This document shows, piece after piece, positions 1 to 13,521 of a stretch of DNA of 64,000 bases. Numbering within the stretch: position 1 is the stretch's first letter; each line of letters starts with the position of its first letter. Origin of the DNA: Lytechinus pictus. Its lineage: Eukaryota. Location of the stretch: the NCBI RefSeq assembly GCF_037042905.1, contig NC_087252.1:6078001-6142000 (forward strand). Direction: 5' to 3'. A model generated the notes under the pieces. It was not told where the DNA came from and ran no database searches. It saw only the letters and a list, made by a program, of their open reading frames with translations. Position numbers and translations under genes: made by a program.

Positions 1-1129
1 TTCCCTACATGATAAGAAATCAACTTGAAAAGGTGAACATGAAAGATTTATCATAATTTTATTTTTATTTACTAGGTGTTATTTTTATTTACTAGTTTGT
101 GACTATGCTTGATTTGTGGACCAAATAGTGATAGGTAAACATCAATCTCTTTCCCGCGAATATTACGATAAGCAAATTGCAACTTTGCATTTAGCATAAA
201 AAGAAGTAACCATAGAAGTACCCGTTGAAGTATGTACGGGATGATTTTGTCTCATTGTCACCAGTCTCCCCTTCCCTTCCCCTCTCTCTTTCTCTCTCTC
301 TGCCCCCCCCCCCCCTCCCACACACACACACACGCTCACATATTCTCAATCTAAATATGTTAGAAAATATTTATATGATTAAACACTTTTGAAATACTTA
401 TAAACTTACTACTTATAAAATGGTTCGTTAATTTATATGACGTTAAGTGGGAGGGATTATAAAGAAAAGTAAAATATCGAAGCTTCCTGTCAATATACAA
501 GATTACTTTGCAAATTCAATCGGGCAAAATTGCGAATGTAGGTCGAAAACCAGACACTTTCGATTCATCCCTACCAATGGTTTATAATGATGTATTTTTA
601 TCTGCTATGTATATCTTTGCACCTGTGCCCCGGGCAGACGTCTCCCATCATCAATTACATCTCAGATTACTTTTAATCAGACCAGAGTCAGAACATTTTC
701 AGCTATCAATATTGAAACAGAATCTGCGATACCTGTATTAAAGAGGAATGTGTTTTGATGCTGGCCTTGTGCATAGTCGTTGAGAATGTCTACAGGCAAA
801 TCTGCCGACATATATTTAGACATTGTAATCCTTTGGACCTGAAATTGTGTCTGCAATATTGACGGCCAAGCAAGTGGGCATGTTTAAAGGGGATATAAAT
901 GATGCAACATGCCGTAGATCATGACATTGTCTTATCTTCTTGAATGTTAGCCATGTTAGTTATGTGTGAAAGTTTCCCACGTTTTGTCCATTTGTTATTT
1001 CACTCGTTCCTAATTCTTGAAATCTTTATTGGAATGTGTGACAAACTATTAAAAAAGGGGGGTTAATGATTTTTATTATGTAGTAATTCATCACTTAATC
1101 TAACATTCAAATCGTTCAGAACAAATGGA

Positions 1130-1700
1130 TAAAAACATAGAAGGGAGAACGCCCAGGGCTTATCTTAGTAAACAGAATAAGCAGGGCATATTCCATTCTG
1201 CAGAATAAAACAAAATAAAAACATAAATCAGATAAATCTACGAACATGATGAAGGATAGACCAAAATCTAACACGCAGGCAGAGACAGCACCGACAAAGC
1301 AGGGGAGAGAGTAAAAGAAATCTCTTGGATATTCGGAATATGCCTATCGTTTATTGCTATGATTATTTCCAGGTGGAACCAAGTAGTCCCCTTGTCGGTT
1401 TATTAAAATAAACTACCAAGAGTTACAAAGAGGTATACTGGCACGCTGAAATGGAAACAGTATAGTTTGGTTTACACGGGCAATATTTTTCCTAATTCAA
1501 ATCGCTGCGGGATCGTCGGCTTGCAGCCTACATCTAAATTACAATCCTCGTGGAAGACTTCATTTCCAATTACCCCAAAATATATCTGATCTTCAGGAGG
1601 CTGCATCTGGGTCGCACCCAATACCCTCTTCTGGGATAACTTCTTGATGACCTCCTTGTACCAATTGTTGATGATATTTGAGTACACAATATAAATAATG
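1130..1700 (-). mobile_element. Possible highly degraded 3' end of a CR1/L2-type LINE
   Basis: Minus-strand translation near 1415-1485 (ARVNQTILFPFQRASIPLCNS) loosely resembles the terminal RT-ORF motif (..SFFP.TI.LWNS), followed by a pyrimidine-rich UTR-like tract. Weak, by eye. Confidence 0.2.
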
Positions 1701-1725
1701 TACATCCCCCCCCCCCGGTCCCCAT

Positions 1726-2320
1726 TCCACAGAGGGGAGACATTTGAAGGACCTCTGAACGACCAAAAATTGGCAAGGTCTTACAGTCTCAAAGATAACT
1801 GAAAATTTTCATCTCTGTGGAATGACTCTGAAAGACCCCTCAAAAAACAATGAAAGACTGATGGATATATCTTGTCTTACTGGTCTTAGACTAGTCCTAT
1901 AGAGGTCTTTCAATTGTATTTCAGAGATCTTTTTATAGAACAAGTGATCTTTCAGAATTCTTCCCATGGATTTTGCCCGGTCTTTCAATTATCTTTCACT
2001 GAACTTTCAATGATCTCTTAAGTCTGACAGTGATCTCCCCAAAAGTCATGAGAGACTGTCGAAAGATCATGCAAAAAGATCATACGAAGTTCATCGAAAG
2101 ACCACCAAAAGACTGCTGAAAGACCATCAAACGACTATTTTCCTGTAAGACCGCTGAAAGACTGTTTTGAACCTTTTCAAAATGATGGAGACCACTGTAA
2201 GATCCATCAGGAATCGTCAAAGACCTCGGAGATCTTTGAAAGTTCGTTGAAAGACCCATAAAAGATCAAGCAAGATTCATGGTCTTACGGCAGTCTTTCA
2301 GAGATCTTGCTTTCTGTGGA
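1726..2320. mobile_element. Old non-autonomous TIR element with many GAAAGAC/GTCTTTC subterminal motifs
   Basis: Ends TCCACAGA... and ...TCTGTGGA are inverted. The interior is full of GAAAGAC(C/T) motifs in both orientations. No ORF; TSD not clear. Confidence 0.55.
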
Positions 2321-2702
2321 GAAGGGTTATACTCTAGAAAGTGATTTCTTAAGTTAAGATAAATGTATACATCAATGATGGTATTTATTTCTACAAATCC
2401 ATAAAGGCATAAGGCTGAAGTTTGGCATGATTTATTGCAGAAAATTCCTCACTTTATTTCAACAGGAATTTACGTTAAAATAATAAAGTAGTGGGAAAAA
2501 GATGAAAGAAGTCTTGCACGCTCAGGTTTATTGAAAATTCATGTGTAAGATGAAGAGTAATTATGTATGTTGTCAAGAAGGCACAATGGCCTAGTGGCTA
2601 CTGACTTTTTTAAAGATCGTTAGGGCCTTTTACAGGGGCTTCCTAGTTGAAGTGGGTCACGGGTTTACAGGCATGATCTAGTGCATCAGTCGTACAATCG
2701 CA

Positions 2703-2747
<45 letters not shown>

Positions 2748-4277
2748 GTCTTCCCATTTCTCTCTCTCTCCACCACACACGTTATTCCCCCACTATCTCT
2801 TGAACATTCTTTCCGAACCTCAATGTACAATTTCATTTCCTCAATCTTCCCCTCCATTCATCCTGCTTATAGAGGGTCGCAGACGCCACCCCGGTCTAAT
2901 TCAATCACATTTCGAGTATTGACCGATGTCCATCTCACGTTTGCTTGAGATAATTTACCCTACTTCCCTCTAAGTGCCCGCTAATTTGGACGGGAATGAT
3001 TGCTTTTTTAAGGTCAATAACGCAGTGACTTTGATATAACGGGGTCAAATACCACCCTACGTCACAAAGAGAAATAATCATGTTCTAGCTTTTATTTTCC
3101 ATGTCTCTGCGTAGTATTCATGCTGCAGCCGAGGCAGACGTCATTCATCAAAACCTTCGAATTGTCTGTAATTACCAAACATTTTTCGCATTCACTTGAG
3201 ACGGGAAGCAACAATCTCTCCCGATTTTATTGAGTTAAGGTTCAAATGAAAAGTTGATTTATTCTCTATCACTTTTTTTCTTCGTTCCAAATGTGTACAA
3301 AATCCACCCTTTAGGTTTATTCTTCGTCTCCGTCGCTTTCTCCTTTCGAGTCTTTCAATTTTATTTCGATTTTTATTTCATAGAAACTGCTCGCTCTATT
3401 TTTTTTTTTCAACTTCTGTTTTCTTTTTTTTTTTCTGTATTGTTTCCTTCGTTCTTCTTCTGTTTTTTCTTCTTATTCTTCTTATTCTTCTTCATCTTCT
3501 TCTCCTCCTCCTCCTTCTTCTTCTTCTTCTTATTATTATCATTATCATTCTTTCTTTCTTTCCACTTTAATTATTTTCGTTCCATTAGTTCTACCTTTTA
3601 ATTCCTTCTATTTCTGATATTAAAACACTTGCTTTTGATTATCCTTCCGATTATGTTTGGCCCTTATTCTTAATCCTCCATTTCTCAAGCACACTATTGA
3701 ACAGACAAATTTCTCAAAAATTATTGAATTATATTTCGCATAAACCCTTCATTAGACGATGATTTGATTTTCTATTCACGTTCTTAATATCTTGCAGAAG
3801 GAATGCAAGTATGTGCATAGATAATAGACATGACTTGTACGAAATGTCAGAATGCTTTATTAGTTCATTTTTCACGAGTAATGACTCTTGGAAAACTGTT
3901 GAGACACGCACATAATTTCTTTGAAATGTAATCAGATTTTTTCTTGGAAACTCGGTGTTTATAACGCTAAAGGAAAAAAAACTGGTTTTTAAATCCATCT
4001 ATTTATTTCCTTGCATTTCTAACCGTGCCTTCCCATAGGAATGATAAACACAGGACGTGCCACATTTCATTGGCGGGACGATGATCGGTTCCCATTTACA
4101 CAAAGCTTGGCGTTTGATAGTAGAAATTATCATGCTGGCCGTAATGATCATTATCTGCTAAATGTCATAAATAAATCCTTGGACCCATGACATAAACTTG
4201 GGTTGGTTATACTGTATCTTTGTTGTTTGACACATCTGAATCATGTTGGTCAAGTTAGCAGTTGAGTGTCTCTTGAA

Positions 4278-4695
4278 GGTTTATTTTCATTTCGTCCAAT
4301 GCCAATTCGTCCAATTACCGACTCGCCTGCTATCATTTGGTCTACCATCTGTTCGTCCAATATCTACATGGTCTAAATGCCATTTCGTCCACTCACCATT
4401 TCGTGTAATAACCAGTTGGTCCTATGCCATTTAGTCCATATACCATTCGGTCTAATTAGACGAAGTGTTCATTGGGCAATATGAATGAAAATAAAACGAA
4501 TATTAGACCAACTGGTTGTGAGACGAAATGGACATAGACGAACTCGTTATTAGACGGAGTAATGATCGAACCAAATCGTTATTGGACTAAATGGTTGTTA
4601 GACGAAATGTGGATGGACGGAATGGCATTAGACTAAATGAAGGTAGACCATGTGATGAGTGGAAGAGTTGGCATTGGGCGAATTGGCAATTTACC
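4278..4695. mobile_element. Foldback-like MITE built from ~16-bp repeats in two opposed arms
   Basis: Left half is tandem (C)CATTTCGTCCAA-like units, right half tandem TTRGACGAAATGG-like units, switching near 4455. Termini GGTTTATTT...AATTTACC; flanks CTCTTGAA / CTCTTAAC are an imperfect duplication. Confidence 0.7.
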
Positions 4696-5088
4696 CTCTT
4701 AACTTGCATACGCTGTCTCGTTGTTTTTGTTTTCTGTATATCTTTCTTCTCTTTCATTTTTCATAGCTGTAGGGGAAAAGAAAATTAATGTGCGTGTTTG
4801 TTTTGATTTACGTATCAGTGATGGCGATATAGCCCGCTTTTATGCACCGCTTAAAACGTCTGAACGGCATCACTAAGCATTTTAAAATTGGTCCTTGTGC
4901 ATACAGAGTAATTTATATAATATATAGATATAATTCCAACCTCAGTAGGAAGTTAAATCGTTCATATTGGTCTCATAGAAGTGGATAAAATGGTTTCTCA
5001 TCGACTCTCTACCAATCTACTTTGGAGATTGCCATAGCAGGAGGGAATGTATAAAGTCTTTCCGACATCAAAATATACGGTTTATTAA

Positions 5089-5676
5089 ACGGGAATCCAG
5101 CCTTGGTCATAACATATTGTGTGGAAAGGAAAAGAATAAATAAAACAGAATGGTGAAAGTCTGAAGGAAATCGGACAAGCAATAAGAAAGTTATGACTGC
5201 TTTAAAATTGAGATCCCTAAGAGTATGTAGATCTCAAATTGGCAACAGGGTAAGTTGATTATGACAAGGGGCAAGGACAACTTTTCCATTGGCCATTATA
5301 ATTATCAGGGATTGTGGTTTTCTCTTGAGTACCCATTTCCCCGGGGCAGTAATCTGAATATAACCAAGGAAGTATATTGTTTTATATCCTAATAAAAGAA
5401 AAATACATTTTAAAGTAAAACTTTTGACAAAAGACATTTTAGCCGTTTTACGTATTGGAGTACATGGAAGAGTAGTCCTTGCTTTACATCACTATGTCAT
5501 CACCTATGCGGCCAATTTGAAGTCTCCATGGGTATAATGATTAACAATATTTACAACTTTTAACAATTCATAACTTTCTTATTGTTTGTCCGATATTGTG
5601 CAAACTTTCACCTATCAACTTGTCTGATGTTTCTTTTCCCTCTGAAAACAAGTTTTTATTTGGATTGGATTCCCCT
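5089..5676. mobile_element. TTAA-flanked Kolobok/T2-type MITE
   Basis: TTAA|ACGGGAATCCA ... TGGATTCCCCT|TTAA. Long imperfect subterminal IR (ATCGGACAAGCAATAAGAAAGTTATGA / TCATAACTTTCTTATTGTTTGTCCGAT). Confidence 0.8.
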
Positions 5677-6655
5677 TTAACAGAAGAGAAATGGACCTAC
5701 TTGACGCCCTTGGGGTGAAGCAAGATGCGATCTGATTAACTCTGATTAACTTCCATCTTCTAATCTTTCATGCGATCTCAAGGGAGTTATTGGTCTAATA
5801 CTCGCAGACTCTGTTAGATAAACTAATTCAAATTAATAGGAGGCTTACTGATCAAATCTATTTGGAGAGCAGAATTTTTTTTGAAATAATTGTTGCAATT
5901 AAGCGAAACAAGGGAACCTGAAGACCCAATGTTTAATACGATTCAACTTGAAAGTCATCAGGGGCTCGTTGCAGAAAGCATTGCTTTCAAACGCAAGTCA
6001 AGAATCAGTCACAAGTCACAAATGCGTGATGTTGATTGGTTGAAAATCAGGTTGCGTACAGGAGTAATACCTCTTGGAAAATAAAATATGGATTGATAAC
6101 GAATTGGTTAAAATGTTAGTAATGTATGTGTCACTTTCATTAAAAGCAGATGCACGTCAAAGTTTGGAAGCCTCAAATTGGTTTATTTGCAAATGAACAA
6201 AAGACATGTATTTCTCTGCAAACAGGCATTCATAATTATGTGTCAAGTCGTGTTACAAGATAAATCGATGAGCTGAAAAGTGATTAAATGAAAAAAAAAA
6301 AAACTTTGTATCAACTAGAAATATCATTTTATTAGTGTAAAGCAGTAAATAAAAAGTGCAACAAGTTTTAAGGCTGGAATATTCCAAACTAGCAGCAACA
6401 TAATGGTTCGTATAGTGTCACCAAAGGTTCACTCTTTCGCTCAAGTATATTTTCTCATGGGAAAATAATTGCACTTGAGCATACGTCTTTATCAGATTTC
6501 AAATTAACCGTGAAAGAAGATAGTGTTTAGAATCTTGAATGCACCCGACTAGGTCAAACTCCTCAAAAATATACGAGGTCATTTCATTTTAATTTCTTCT
6601 CAAATATCATGGAGGACATACACGAGTGCAGTGACGTAAGAAATCCTTGTTTATA

Positions 6656-6840
6656 TTTATAATATTATTATTATCATTAATATCATTATTATTACTATTA
6701 TTATTTGTATTATTATTATTATTGTTATTATCGTCATCCTCATTAATATTGTTATTATCATGATTAACATTATTGTTATTGTTGTTGGTGGTGGTGGTGG
6801 TGTTATTATCAGTATCATTAGTAAGTAATAGTATATTATC
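6656..6840. repeat. Degenerate (ATT)n/(GTT)n/(GGT)n microsatellite
   Basis: Direct reading; explains ORF 6657..6890. Confidence 0.9.
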
Positions 6841-7539
6841 GTCTTTCCAAATGAAATATGCTTACCATGATGTATTACTCTAATTCTCAAAATTTAAACA
6901 ATTTTATTATGTTCGCCAAAATGGTTTTCATCATGAACAATTTGAATGAAAATTCATAATTGTTTAATAATAGAAGAAAGAAAATGCCTAATTGAGGACT
7001 CTATCGGAAGGTTTGGCAATCGGAATTCCTCCGCTCGTACACCACGTTCCGACGAAGCGGTTGTTTGGCAAAAAGAAAATCTGAAAAACAATTTCAATCG
7101 AAAATTCTTATCGATCAGGCTCGTGCCTGCGATCAAATATCATCCTTTCTGCCTGTGATGGGTTTTAATACCAATTCGCGATGGCTCGGCTTACAATGCG
7201 AGTCTCCATTCCTATACCGAATGAAATAGATTATCGTCAATCAAAGAGGACTATGAGCACTGCTGTGATGATAGGGGAAAGAAGTTTGAAGGGTGTAGGA
7301 TATGGAAGATATGTGTGAAGAAAGAGTTCTATGCAGATTTTTCATGGATTCTATGTAATCTCCAAGAGCGGTAGAACACAAGGTAAAGATTTTGATAGAA
7401 ATAACTTAACAAATTAGCACGTCAATTAGCTAGAACTGAATAAGTCAAATAAACTTTCTGATGGCGGTTTTAAGTGAATCATTGGTTAATTAGTACTATC
7501 AATATCAGAAATCACTGCTCGCTGTATACAGGTAAGAAT

Positions 7540-8705
7540 CCAAAAAGGAGCGGTGTTTGAAGGTGTGGTATACAGGAGGGTTATCAATAACTGTCTGTGG
7601 GAAAAGGTATGGGTTAGTAAACAGACTCTTTGGGGATAGAGTGGGAGTGAGGGATAATAGAAGGTGTTTGGGTTATTGTGAATGTCGAATATGAGGGAGT
7701 GTGTGTAGTGAAGGAAAGTGTGTGGGATATGGGAGAGTGCGTCAGATATATGGAGGAATTGTGGTCAGGGAGAGTGTGGGGTTGGATGGGTTAATAGAGG
7801 TGTAGAAGATGTGTGAGGTAGAGGTGGTGGTGGTGGTAGTGAATATGGGCAGAGGGGTGGAATGTGGAGGGGGTGTGCCTTCTTGGACAGGATGCAGGAT
7901 GTGGGGTTCGATATTGAAGGACGTGTGGGCTTGGTCGATGTGGGATAAAGGAATCATGTACACAATGACGATTGTGCAGGATATGGAGAAGGATACAGGA
8001 TGTAGTGGAATATGTGTGGGTATTAGAGCAGGGCGTGTGGTGATGTGTGCGGCATGTGGAAGGGTGTGTGACAAAGGAGTGGGACGCAGATTATGGGAGT
8101 GTCTGTTGGTTATTGGAGAGTGGGTTAGATTTAGGAACCAAGGTGTGTATATCTGTGTGTGTATTACTGTAGATTGTGAGTTTGTTCATGAGTGTGTGGG
8201 TTATACGAGAGGGTGTGTAGTAGAGAGAGGGTGTGTACTAGAGAGAGGGTGTGGGTTTTGAGAGAGGAATGATTATAGCAGGGGGTATGGATTAAGGCAT
8301 AGTGTGTAGGTTATAAGAGAGGGTTCGGGTTATGGAAGAGGTGCGTTATATAGGTAAAGTTTTGATAACAGGGGCAAGGTGTGTGTGTGTGTGAGGGGTG
8401 AGGGCGTGTGTGTGTGTGTGAGTGTGTTGTCTGAAAGAGGGTGCTTTCATTTTAGTGTACGTCGTTTTATTGGAGTGTGTGGGTTGGGAGAGGGAGGTAA
8501 ATCATGCGGGTAGAGTAATAAATGTATTCATTAGGGCACTGTGGAGGGTTCGGGTGGTGGGAGTGGTTTGGAACTGTCAGTGGGTAGGGTGTCCGTTGTG
8601 AGATGGGTGTATGCCAGAGGACAGGATGATTGTCACGCCATAGTGTGCAGTTCATTGGAGTGGATGTGGGTTACGGGTAAAGTGTGTGGCTTATTGGAGA
8701 GGGTT
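7540..8705 (+). repeat. G/T-skewed degenerate minisatellite (~19-21 bp, GTGTGTGGGTTATRRGAGAGG-like)
   Basis: Repeated variants such as GTGTGTGGGTTATACGAGAGG, GTGTGTAGGTTATAAGAGAGG, GTGTGTGGCTTATTGGAGAGG. Confidence 0.6.
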
Positions 8706-9054
8706 CACTGTCCACGATGTTGTATAGATGAAATTTATAATTAATGTGATCGATTAACAACAACATGATGAAGTAGATGAAAGTTCTGGGGAATTCTGGT
8801 AGTGGGGTTTAGTACAGTTTCTCATTCGTACTCTGCAAAAATGTCATCGGATCTTTTGTTTCAAGTACATACTGTTACCCTTCGGTGCAAAGTAGCAAAT
8901 TGTAATTGGGTGCATTCTATCACCTCAAATATGTTTAATGAGATTCCCAATAATGTGCACGAATGAGGTCCCGAGTTATGAGGTATTTCCGAGATCCACT
9001 TCGGTATGCAGGTCGACGTCGAGTAAATATGATGTCGGATGAGGTGTAGTAGGG

Positions 9055-9068
9055 GTTGCCATGGAAAC
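9055..9068. promoter_or_regulatory. Candidate RFX X-box
   Basis: GTTGCCATGGAAAC closely matches the palindromic X-box (GTTGCCATGGCAAC, one mismatch). ATTGG (~9106) and a GGGGCGTG GC-box (~9197) lie nearby in unique sequence. Confidence 0.35.
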
Positions 9069-10030
9069 GAGTGGGATGACCTGATTGTATTGAAGCGTTA
9101 CGACTATTGGTTGGCAAGGATAAGGCACGTCTGGTGTTTGCTAGGATGGTCTTAACCTTCGAGAGCTGTTGATTGCTTTTAAGGAGGAAGAGACTGAGGG
9201 GCGTGTGGTATCGGGAAGATGGTGAAAAAAGGGACGATGTCGTCTACCTCTATGCCTAACTATGGGGGTATGGGTGACTCCCAACCACGACTGGCAGAGG
9301 AGTACTTGCTGCCGTCTGTGAGGTTCACGTTCTTCTAGAAAACTAAACATAAACCAAGGCTGCTAAAAGTTTGTGAAAGTTGTTAAACAATATACACTTC
9401 GAGGTTGATTTTAACGACATCTTGGGCAAATGTGGCCTGTCTCACTTAAACCTTTCTTTAAAGATAAAAAGTTTTTATAAATCTCTATTATACGTTGTAA
9501 ATGAAGAGGTTTTTCAGAATACGCAATTAACGTATAACAATAAAAGTAAACAAACCAAATTAAAAGGAATAATTGATATAATGAATAAAACTGTATCTCT
9601 TCACTTTTTTTCGTATAAGCTCTAGTCCGTAGACATATCTCCGCCACGGTTGCGTATATTATGTTATAAATGGGCACAATTTAAGTTGCTTGGCCATTAT
9701 CAGTTTGACAAGGTTTGTCCGCATTTTGTTTTGTATTTAGTTTAATTTACGATAATTTCATATGTCGTCTGGAACAAAAATTGGATTATATATTATCATA
9801 TTAACAAAATAATATACTATACTATTATTATTACTATTTCATTTATTATTATTATTATTCTGGCAACAATGTGGAGCCTGCTCTATCATTTTTTATTTTA
9901 AAAAAATAAATGGGTAAAAAAAAAACACTTAGGTTTTCCTTTGAAAAAAAAAATATATATATATATATGTGTGTTTCCTTTAAAAAAAAAAAATATATAT
10001 ATATATATATGTGTGTGTGAGGGAGGGTGG

Positions 10031-10074
<44 letters not shown>

Positions 10075-10654
10075 TGAAAGAGAGGAATAAGATCATTTGG
10101 CGTTTGATACACCCATGGATAAAATTGACGTAAATTAATGCTTGAAACTATGTTTATCATGGTATGGTCTTGTCGTAATGGCGTGATCTGTACCTTTCTG
10201 TATGTGCAGGGTGGTCTTGCTATAACTCTTAATGAGTTGATATCGATCAGTCATTTGGTGCGCACATGATTGGATTACATTTACTTGATACATGAGAGTA
10301 AGGTGTCCCACAGGGAGACTCCAACCTTGGCCCCAACATGCGGAGGATAAGATAAAGAGGGGGGAAAACCCCGACCTCGCTTACGCGAAAAGGAGAGAGT
10401 TTGAGTGGGGCAACCTTAGACTAAAGTGTTTGGTGTGAAGGCTTTAAGGTTAGATGGTAAGAAATCAATGATCTTAACATTCAGCTAGACCCCACACCTG
10501 TCAAGAGAAATAATGAATAATTCAGGCTTGTCGGTGGGCTCTGAGAGAACCATACGACATCGACCAATCGATCTCTGGTAATGGGGGTTTAGAGTATTTC
10601 CGGCCCCTAGTTTGAGGGGGTAATCTACATCACTCTTTTCCTCCCCTCTGTACT

Positions 10655-10731
10655 TATCTATCTCTCTTTCTTTCTTTCTCTTCCTCTCTCTCTCTCTACA
10701 CCTACTTCTGTCTCTGCTTATCTATCAATCA

Positions 10732-10772
<41 letters not shown>

Positions 10773-10990
10773 AATCCCCCCTCTCTCCCTCTCTCTCTCT
10801 AACTCTTTATCTCTATATTTTCCTCTATTTCTGTCTCTGCTTACTTAACAATCACTCTCCCTCGATCATTTCTCTCTCATTCCCTACCTCTCCTCTTTCA
10901 ACTCGCCATCTTTCTCTCCCTTTCTCTCACCAGCTTTTACTTGCTTCAATCCAATCTTCCCCTGCCCTATACATGCCCCCCCCCCCTTCT
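10655..10990. repeat. (CT)n-rich low-complexity tract with a short internal duplication
   Basis: CT runs; TTCTGTCTCTGCTTA...CAATCACTCTCC occurs twice. Confidence 0.8.
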
Positions 10991-12937
10991 CTTGCACATA
11001 CCCTCTCCATCATCAGCTGTAACTATATACTTATATCTGTGTATTTTGTTTTGATCTGTCGGTAAAGATTTGGACTGAAAATGATAGTACCGCTGCTGAT
11101 CCTTTTATTCCTGCATTGTTTTTATTGATGGTAATTGCTGCTATGGTAGTGTTAATAAGAAGAAAAGAAAACACTTTTTTTATTCCACATTGAGATTGGG
11201 TATTCACAATGAATAATAACATATGATGAACAAACACAACTAATATTTTCGGGCGAAATTAGAGGGGAAAAATCCTTTGCAACCGATAGTAATAGAAATA
11301 TATCGACAGCTTTCCAGACCGTGATAAATGGACTCCTTATTCTAATACTGCGGTACTGGAATTCGGTCAAATATGTAACTTGGTCGCTTTATGGTAAAGA
11401 AAAAAGTTTTTCGTAATTGTATTTTGACGATATGGGCCCCAATCGGCTGGGAGGGCGTAAATCCAATAAATACCGGGGCATTTCGTGTCGCTTTATGACG
11501 TAGAAACTGAGATGTGACACTGTAGTCAAGTTTATAACACGCATATTTTGATCACAACATCGCTCGTGGAAAACAATATACTAATTTCGTTTGGAACAAG
11601 GGCTTGGTTAAAAATGGGATGCAGATTGTAATGAGTGGTTTATACGATACTGATAAAAATCAATTATGCTAAAAGGCCCCGTTGGCGAATGCTTATCGGG
11701 GAACATAATAGGGTTTTCAATAGAGAAACATAGGCAAGCTACTCGCAATGCTTAGTGTGAAATATTCTGTAGTGAAAACTTAGGAAAGCCACTATGTATT
11801 GCGCTATCTTGATAGTAATGTGATGCCAGCATCAAGATTATGATCTTGGATTCTAGGTGTAGCTTTTCAAGAAAATAAATACGATGAATTGATTTTAAAG
11901 AAATGAACATGCAATTAATATTTGTGTTTATATACGAAAAAACATAACTATTAAAAACATTTTGTCTCTTTTATATGTTTGTATTGTTTATTAGCCTGTT
12001 TTCAGTGTTCTATTTGATAACTGCTGCTTTACTTTTTTGTACATGTCCTGTCAATGGAAATCCTTTTCCATTCCTAACTCTAATATTACAAAATAAAAAG
12101 ATATTACGGGAATAAAAGAATCAAATCTTCAATCAGGCAGTTGGCCCTTCTTTGATGAACTCACTTCGTGGAAAATTAATTAACTCATTTTCCCTCTTCC
12201 TCTTCGCCCAATCTCAATCAAACACTTCATCTCGGTAAATTTGCCAAAAACCGATTGCATTTTGTCCAAATTGAATAAGAATCAATAAAGACTTAGGTTT
12301 GGAGACCGCCCTGGTCAAGCGTGCCTCTGACCACGTTTGATAAAATAATAGAAGTGTTGTAAGAGAGTGAGGGTGGGAGAGAGAAGGGGGAGGGAGAGAG
12401 AGAGAGATGTGGGGTTACGCGTGTGTGTGTGTGTATGAGTATGTGCAAACCTATCACAGACGGAGATAAAGAGTTTACACACCAAGCTTGAAAGAGAGAC
12501 ATAGATGAGAAGAGAGATGGGAAGGAGAGTCAGGGAGAGAGATAGAGAGAGAGAAGATAACGTGATAGTTCCTGCTCTTTCAATTTCTGGACGCTTTTAA
12601 TATTATAGTTTCAATGAATGTGAATTAAATCTCTTCATCTTACTTTTTTTTTCATTTTTTGTCGTGTTTTTTTTTTAACAAGGGCATAAGCCCACCGTCT
12701 GCATTTATCCAAACAATTAAGTTATATACGCGCTAACTCCACGATTAAAGCACAGACACACACACTTTCGACAGGTATTTACAATGCTGATAATGTTAAT
12801 AAGAAGTTAATGCCCTTACGACAACAAAGCCTTCTCTAAAAGAAGCTGAGCCTTTGTAAGCTTGAAGTAGGCGTGTATGAGAACGTGTGTAGGCGTATAC
12901 AAATTGCGTTTGGATACAAATCGAAAGGTTGTCTTAA

Positions 12938-13521
12938 AGGAGAATGAAACATTTGGAACAAGATAGCTTGTGTGAAAACAAACAAATCAAAGAATCAGAT
13001 CAACGAAAGTTTGAGAAAAATTGGACAAATAATGAGGAAGTTATGAGCATTTTAATATTGCGATCACTAATGCTATGGAGATCCTCAAATTGGCAAAGCT
13101 ACAAAGATGTGTGATGTCACTTGTGAACAACTCTCCCCATTACTTTAGTATATATTTCACTTAAATTGCCTCTTTTATCACATCTATCAGTAGATCATGT
13201 GTTCTTTCTATAGGAGGGCATTTAATACAGATTTTTAAAGAATACATCATGGATAAAGAGTTTGTATCACCACAAGAAAAAGCAGAAAGAGACATTTTGC
13301 TGGTATTCTATAGTCCATCAAAGGGAAAGTTGTTCACATGTGACATCACACATCCTTGTCGCGTTGCCAATAGGAGGATCTCCATAGCATTAGTGATTGC
13401 AATATTCAAGTGCTCATAACTTTTTCATTATTTGTCCGATTTTTCTCAAACTTTCTTTGTTCTTATTCTTTGATTTTTCTGTTTAAGCACAAGCCTACTT
13501 ATTTTAAAGGTTTCATTCCCC
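12938..13521. mobile_element. Kolobok/T2-type MITE, same family as 26973-27557
   Basis: TTAA|AGGAGAATGAAAC at left, GTTTCATTCCCC at right (terminal TTAA lost). ~200-bp imperfect inverted arms (CACTAATGCTATGGAGATCCTC / GAGGATCTCCATAGCATTAGTG). Confidence 0.85.

Noticed and set aside
733..838. Possible minus-strand 106-bp exon (VQRITMSKYMSADLPVDILNDYAQGQHQNTFLFNT)
   Set aside because: Weak polypyrimidine tract and donor, unrecognised peptide; one open frame over 106 nt is expected by chance.
10302..10334. GVPQGDSNLGP resembling the RT motif GVPQGSVLGP
   Set aside because: Immediately preceded by in-frame stops and not followed by the LF.IY.ND motif; probably chance.
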